Assembly (NCBI GenBank): GCA_051439665.1 | Contig: JBFRWQ010000162.1 | Location: forward strand, 1 to 41,363 | DNA: 41,363 bases | Reading direction: 5' to 3' | Source: Microcystaceae cyanobacterium | GTDB lineage: Bacteria; Cyanobacteriota; Cyanobacteriia; Cyanobacteriales; Microcystaceae | Part shown: positions 36,504 to 41,363 of the stretch, in pieces | Numbering within the stretch: the stretch's first letter is position 1 | Layout of the letters: each line of letters begins with the position of its first letter | Translations under genes and position numbers: made by a program | The notes under the pieces: generated by a model | What the model saw: the letters and a program-made list of their open reading frames with translations, nothing else | The model's database searches: none | What the model was told of the DNA's origin: nothing

Positions 36504-36665
36504 TTACGTTTTATCAATGACAATATAAAGTCTTTCTTTATAACTAAATTCTTCTAATCGCACTTTTCTGTAAATTTGAAGCAATTGTCCCACTATAATT
36601 AGCATCAAATACTCAGATTTGTTGAGACAGGTTGTTAAATGATTTGTATAATTTTTAGGTAACAT
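36504..36665 (-). pseudogene. Possible remnant of the N-terminus of an IS4-like transposase (53-aa ORF)
   Basis: MLPKNYTNHLTTCLNKSEYLMLIIVGQLLQIYRKVRLEE resembles the N-terminal L..L...QYL.L..LV.LLQ..K.V.LE pattern of cyanobacterial IS4-family transposases that I remember. It then diverges and stops. No inverted repeats identified. Confidence 0.35.
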
Positions 36666-36811
36666 TTCGTTCAATAGAGGTGATCGCTCCGATAGACTAC
36701 TTTTCTTTCTATCACAGTTGCCTCTTTTTGTGACCCCATAAGGCTTTCAGCCATCCTTGTCCCCCCTTCAGCACTGCTTGTTGCCGATCAAAAGAATAAG
36801 AGGTACTAAAA

Positions 36812-39160
36812 ATGCCAATTGGACAAATTGAAGGACTTCTCAATCCACAAGGTAAGATAGCTAGTTCTAGTTGTCTGTTCTTTAATGACGAGCAAAATCA
36901 AAAATATATTGATAGTAAAAAAATGACAGGGGAATTAAAAAAAATACTCAATTTTCTTTCTCAAGAAAAACGACTGTATGTAAAATTTGACTTAGATCCT
37001 GAGAATGAGGTGAGGAATATAAAGTTATATAAGGCATTGGGGGTTATTACCTTATATAAAGTAAAAAAAGATAAATTAGATAAACTAGACAAACAAGAAT
37101 CCCCCATTAAGATATATATTGAATGGGATAACCAAAAAGATATTTTTCCTATTTTTCTTCCGTTTTTTCATTATTATTATCATGATTTAAGCAACACAGA
37201 TATTGTGGTTTTTATACCCTGTTATATTCCAGAATCTAAGAAATATGAGGCAATTGACATTCAAAAATGTGAACATTATTTTTGTAAAGCGAATCAGGAA
37301 TTGATAAAAACATCTATTAGTAGTTCGCTTTCTGAAGTTTCTTTATTCTCACTGCGCTCATATATACATACATTTGAAGAAGAAGAAAAAGAAGCGATTG
37401 ACTTGATACTATCAGCAACAAAGAAAATGTCCATTGAACATCAAAAGCAAATTATACAAGAAATTCAAAAAGACAAAACAAGCTTGTTACTACACTCATT
37501 TCCACTAAGGGAAATTTTACAGCAATTTAAAGAAAACTATGTTAAATTTTTAAATGAACATTTAATAGTAGATAACAAGAATAAAGAAGAATTAGAGAAT
37601 AAGAAAGATTTGATACGAGAACTACATTTGTATCTACAAAAAATCAATGAAGCAGAAAGAAAAGAATTCTGGCAGCAAATTGATTATTTAAAAACAACGT
37701 TAAGATATAAATTTACTTTTTGGAATACTACACCAATTGAATATAAAATAGAAATCGTAAAAAGACGATTTACACAATTTTTTGTTCTTGTTGAGCAGTT
37801 TTCAACGTCAACTTATCCCTATGAAAAATATATCAATCAAGAATGGCACAAATTATATAAATTTGACGATTTCGATCAAAAATTAATTTTAGAATGGTTA
37901 CGGAAAGAATCAGGAAACAAAGATTATTCTGAGGCTAGAATGCTTTCAGCAAGGGGGGCTGAAAAATTAGTCATCAACTATTATGAAAGCTTAGGTGATC
38001 AAGTTGAAGATGTTTCAATTCAGCAAGTTAAATTAACAACAAGTCAAGATTGGAAGTTAGGAGATATTCGTATTAATTCTAAGGAATTACTTGATGTGAA
38101 AAATGCACGAAAGGATAGAAATTCAAAAGTTTATTCAGAATTCTGCATTCCAAAATTTAAACAAGATGAGAAGAATCAACGAGATGTAAAAATTATTGCT
38201 GTAAGTTCTCCCTATCTTCAATTGTCATTTATCAAGGGTACTGATACTCCTCCGTCTAATTGGTATATTTCAAGCCCAATCATATTAGGAGAATTTGATG
38301 ATAGCCAACTTATAAAGTTAAAAGATTTTTTTAACAGTGATCTTATTCAGTTAGATATGTCGAGAGGCTTGGAATTAGATCGAAACACTTATTTACCGCC
38401 TTGGATATTTGATTACAGTGATAAATTTTATTCTGAACAAATCAACATTAGTGAACAATTTAGTGAGTTATGGTATGATGAAATACCTGAATATGAAGAT
38501 ATAGAACTAATGAAGAATAGTTTCCTTGATTCATGCTTATCTCTCTTTGTTATTAGTCGTAGAGATTTACCAGAATCATGGCAATTAAATTTACCTGATT
38601 GGAAGTGTAAATTTATTGAACAATTAAATAGTCGCCCTAATGAACGTCTGACTTTACCTTATCTATATCTTTCATTATTAAAACACTTTTTAATAATGCT
38701 ATCTGAACCAGAAAGTGATTATCAACCACAAGCCTATAGAGAAATTCTTGACTTGTCTAGTGGTCATCTAGATAAAAAGCCGTTAAAAATTTACGATCCA
38801 TTAAGTATGATTGAGGATTTATGTAAGTCATTACAAATCTTATGGCAACACCGTCACAAATATGACTTAACGGAATTTAGGATATTTAAGTTTAGTGGTA
38901 GAGGTTTGCTACGAGGTAAACGAAATCAATCCCAACAAAAATATACGACTATTATGGCATTCTGTGGAGGCGATGTATATAAAGATAATATATATAACAG
39001 TAAAAACTATCAAGGAAAATGTGGATTTACTCCTTTAGTGATTGGACAAAACGATACTTGTGAAACCTGTCAACTATTAATTTGTCCTGAATGTGGTGAT
39101 TGTCTCTGTCAAAGAACAAAAATAGACAAAATAAAAAACTTGCAGTACTATCCCACCTAA
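36812..39160 (+). CDS. Hypothetical 782-aa protein with a central PD-(D/E)XK-like nuclease motif and a C-terminal Cys cluster
   Basis: AAGAGG Shine-Dalgarno before the ATG. The central segment reads ARGAEKLVINYYESLG...DWKLGDIRINSKELLDVKNARKD (E / D / DxK, nt ~37950-38115). The C-terminus reads CETCQLLICPECGDCLC (nt 39059-39112). Very AT-rich, with no P-loop. Confidence 0.7.
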   Translation: MPIGQIEGLLNPQGKIASSSCLFFNDEQNQKYIDSKKMTGELKKILNFLSQEKRLYVKFDLDPENEVRNIKLYKALGVITLYKVKKDKLDKLDKQESPIKIYIEWDNQKDIFPIFLPFFHYYYHDLSNTDIVVFIPCYIPESKKYEAIDIQKCEHYFCKANQELIKTSISSSLSEVSLFSLRSYIHTFEEEEKEAIDLILSATKKMSIEHQKQIIQEIQKDKTSLLLHSFPLREILQQFKENYVKFLNEHLIVDNKNKEELENKKDLIRELHLYLQKINEAERKEFWQQIDYLKTTLRYKFTFWNTTPIEYKIEIVKRRFTQFFVLVEQFSTSTYPYEKYINQEWHKLYKFDDFDQKLILEWLRKESGNKDYSEARMLSARGAEKLVINYYESLGDQVEDVSIQQVKLTTSQDWKLGDIRINSKELLDVKNARKDRNSKVYSEFCIPKFKQDEKNQRDVKIIAVSSPYLQLSFIKGTDTPPSNWYISSPIILGEFDDSQLIKLKDFFNSDLIQLDMSRGLELDRNTYLPPWIFDYSDKFYSEQINISEQFSELWYDEIPEYEDIELMKNSFLDSCLSLFVISRRDLPESWQLNLPDWKCKFIEQLNSRPNERLTLPYLYLSLLKHFLIMLSEPESDYQPQAYREILDLSSGHLDKKPLKIYDPLSMIEDLCKSLQILWQHRHKYDLTEFRIFKFSGRGLLRGKRNQSQQKYTTIMAFCGGDVYKDNIYNSKNYQGKCGFTPLVIGQNDTCETCQLLICPECGDCLCQRTKIDKIKNLQYYPT

Positions 39161-39297
39161 ACCTATTACCACTGTAATAGCTATTCCTGTTCGCCAAGCT
39201 GTTTTATTCATTTTTAAAACTCTCTTTGAGAGAAGATGAATGACTCTCTCGGTATTATCGTGCAACTTACATACAATACTTTTATGTTCTAAAAAGA

Positions 39298-39657
39298 TCA
39301 GCGATCGCCGTAAACCATCCGTTCATCTACTCGCATTTCAATGGGTTCTTCTTGTTGGGAAGGGGAATAGACTTTAATTCTAGCGCTTGTGGCTAATGGT
39401 TCTAATAGATTAGCTAGGGCATTCATCCCATTTAAAACACGCCAATTAATCACCGAATTGGGACAAATAATTACCAATGTCAGTGCATTTCCATAACTGG
39501 TAATATACCATTCACATAAAGACAGCAATGCCTTTGTTTCTGCATCACATTGTTCATCAAAATAATAAGTGGTGGCATCATCTAATTGTTGACGCAATTC
39601 TTGATCAAAGGTATCAACTTGGGAAGACGGTAAATCATCGGTTGAAAGATAGTTCAT
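39298..39657 (-). CDS. Small acidic hypothetical protein (119 aa from the ATG at 39657)
   Basis: The ORF-track start at 39699 is TTG and adds a hydrophobic leader, so I prefer the ATG (MNYLSTDDLPSSQ...). It is co-directional with the SagB-like gene and lies immediately downstream of it. Confidence 0.55.
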   Translation of the reverse strand: MNYLSTDDLPSSQVDTFDQELRQQLDDATTYYFDEQCDAETKALLSLCEWYITSYGNALTLVIICPNSVINWRVLNGMNALANLLEPLATSARIKVYSPSQQEEPIEMRVDERMVYGDR

Positions 39658-39682
39658 AAGACAAGATACAAGGTAGAAAAAC

Positions 39683-40984
39683 TTACTGGCCAATAGCAAG
39701 GGTATATAAAACCGCTTGATCTGTTTCTAACAAAGCTTGCGTTTCATCATCATAATAAGCGCCAATTCCGCTACATTGGAGATTGAGCATTTGACTAATG
39801 AGATATAAACGATGGCCTAACCATCCCGCCCATTGCATCGCTGTTTGATAGTTGTGATAGTCACTGGTGATCAAGAAATTAACAGCGCTATCTCTAGCTA
39901 ACGCTTGATTCACGCATAGGTATTTACATTTTTCTGTGAAGTCTCCTTCCTTAATTAATTGACCTTTCAAATAGATACCTGATGTTAATCCTTCTACTCG
40001 ATTAATGACATAATAGATATTTAACTCTTCTACTTGATGAGTGGGTAACGGTTGTTGGATAAAAGATAAAACCTCTCTGAATTGCTCCTGAGAAATAGTT
40101 CCTTCTTTAAACCGTCTAACAGAACGTCTGTTCATAATAGACGTTTTCAGATGCTCTAAATTATAGTCTAATAAATCAGGAGACTTAATACTTTGAAAAG
40201 AAGAGACTTGATCACAGCTTGTTTCTTGGTATCCCTTTTCAATAAACCTATTGGCTTCAAAGTAATCAGTTGCACAAACAAAAGGAATCGATGAATGTAA
40301 AGGTTTAACTGATTTATCTTTAAATTCCCCTGACAAGACGCAAGCGGTAATAAATTCCTTATTTTCTAACCCTAACACTTGATTAAGCGCCAACTTATCA
40401 AACTCAAATAAGACTTGTGTTTCTCTTTGATGCGCCCATCCCGATGCTTCAATAGCGCCAATATGATGGCCACTATCTAAAAAGCAATAACGCAAACTTC
40501 TATTTTTATATTTCCAACTTGAACGAAAATAAGAACAAGAAATCAAAAAGATCACCCCTTTAATCATGCCTTGCGGAAACAAATATGCTTCTAATCCATC
40601 ATCAATCAGTTCATAAATTAAGGTTAACGAATTCGTATCAACCTCTAAGTGATAAATCCCATCAATTAATCCTTTCCTTCCTCTGATTTGGACATAAATC
40701 TCGGTCGGATATAATGCACCTGCTGAGGGAATGACTCTGAGAGAATATTCCCCCTCTCGATACATTTTTTGAAAGGAAATACAACTGGTTAAGTGAACAA
40801 AAGAATCGATCACATTGTCAGTTTCTAAAGGAAACCGACGATAAAACGCAGGATAATGTTTGAAGACAGTCGGTTGGGTAGATGAATCGACATAATTAGG
40901 GTCAATCATCACCGACAAGTAAGAGTGTTTCGTCGCTTCATGAAAGGGATGACCGACTTTAGTAAGTTCAAGCGTTTCTAACAT
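39683..40984 (-). CDS. SagB/ThcOx-family dehydrogenase (SagB-type domain plus nitroreductase-like domain)
   Basis: FHEATKHS near the N-terminus, PSAGALYPTEIYV (SagB-type signature), and a second half starting IMNRRSVRRFKEG (nitroreductase-type). Confidence 0.7.
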   Translation of the reverse strand: MLETLELTKVGHPFHEATKHSYLSVMIDPNYVDSSTQPTVFKHYPAFYRRFPLETDNVIDSFVHLTSCISFQKMYREGEYSLRVIPSAGALYPTEIYVQIRGRKGLIDGIYHLEVDTNSLTLIYELIDDGLEAYLFPQGMIKGVIFLISCSYFRSSWKYKNRSLRYCFLDSGHHIGAIEASGWAHQRETQVLFEFDKLALNQVLGLENKEFITACVLSGEFKDKSVKPLHSSIPFVCATDYFEANRFIEKGYQETSCDQVSSFQSIKSPDLLDYNLEHLKTSIMNRRSVRRFKEGTISQEQFREVLSFIQQPLPTHQVEELNIYYVINRVEGLTSGIYLKGQLIKEGDFTEKCKYLCVNQALARDSAVNFLITSDYHNYQTAMQWAGWLGHRLYLISQMLNLQCSGIGAYYDDETQALLETDQAVLYTLAIGQ

Positions 40985-41363
40985 TTTTTAACAGTTTTAA
41001 AATCTCAAAAGTGCTGGCAAAATCAGTGGCGGTAAAATCATCTAGATTCTTTAAATTAGGATTAGCCCCTAACTCCAGTAACTGTTGTAAAATCTCAATT
41101 TTACCTGCTGATGCAGCGTACATTAAGCAAGTAACCCCATTGCCATTTTGATTATCAATACTAATATTTGAGTTAACCAAATAAGTAATTAATTCAGCTT
41201 GATTTTTCACACAAGCATACCAAAGGGCATTATTACCATCATCATTGGTCAGGTTAATATTTGCCCCTGCTTCAACTAAAGCCTGAACAATCGGCAGATT
41301 TCCGTCTTTGGTAGCGCTCATCAGCGCTGTATCCTGATTATATCCTCTTTGATCTAAATCATC
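40968..41363 (-). CDS. Ankyrin-repeat protein, 3' part (the gene continues beyond the window end)
   Basis: Repeats of G.TALM.A...G...IV..L...GA..N type (DGNNALWYACVKNQAELITYLV; NGVTCLMYAASAGKIEILQQLLELGANPN). The frame stays open to position 41363. Its stop overlaps the SagB-like start by 17 nt. Confidence 0.75.
   Translation of the reverse strand, partial: DDLDQRGYNQDTALMSATKDGNLPIVQALVEAGANINLTNDDGNNALWYACVKNQAELITYLVNSNISIDNQNGNGVTCLMYAASAGKIEILQQLLELGANPNLKNLDDFTATDFASTFEILKLLKNVRNA

Noticed and set aside
39077-39265. 62-aa minus-strand ORF with a TM-like stretch, overlapping the 3' end of the 782-aa gene.
   Set aside because: It overlaps the Cys-cluster-encoding end of the long ORF by about 85 nt and has no ribosome-binding site. 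I cannot fully exclude a small convergent membrane peptide starting at the internal MNKTAW.

Overview
This looks like a cyanobacterial chromosomal segment. By eye I count at least 15 perfect HIP1 octamers (GCGATCGC). The gene content fits: ureC, sucrose synthase, 2-Cys peroxiredoxin, lpxA-lpxB, uvrA, DUF1816, a Ser/Thr-kinase/FGE fusion and an M1 aminopeptidase with HEAT repeats. Most of the window is ordinary housekeeping DNA. It is interrupted by several accessory islets that look AT-richer by eye and carry almost no HIP1. (i) 7.38-9.52 kb holds a two-gene cassette: a 473-aa ORFan plus an Mrr-like PD-(D/E)XK nuclease. This is my best candidate for an undescribed defence-type module. (ii) 17.4-20.8 kb holds a T5orf172/GIY-YIG-like gene, a nonsense-inactivated higB with an intact higA, a 505-aa Fic protein and a shattered hicA. 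(iii) 36.3-39.2 kb holds a possible IS remnant plus a 782-aa ORFan with a central PD-(D/E)XK-like motif and a C-terminal Cys cluster. (iv) 39.3-41.4 kb holds an operon of ankyrin protein, SagB/ThcOx-like dehydrogenase and a small acidic protein, and it runs off the window. Other notable items are an RTX protein with three ~155-aa internal repeats, short dispersed hairpin repeats bracketing uvrA, a heptanucleotide array of -10-like boxes in a divergent promoter, and in-frame 33-bp and 57-bp tandem repeats in two genes. I saw no rRNA, tRNA or CRISPR array. All homology calls come from motif recognition by eye and from memory; no searches were run.
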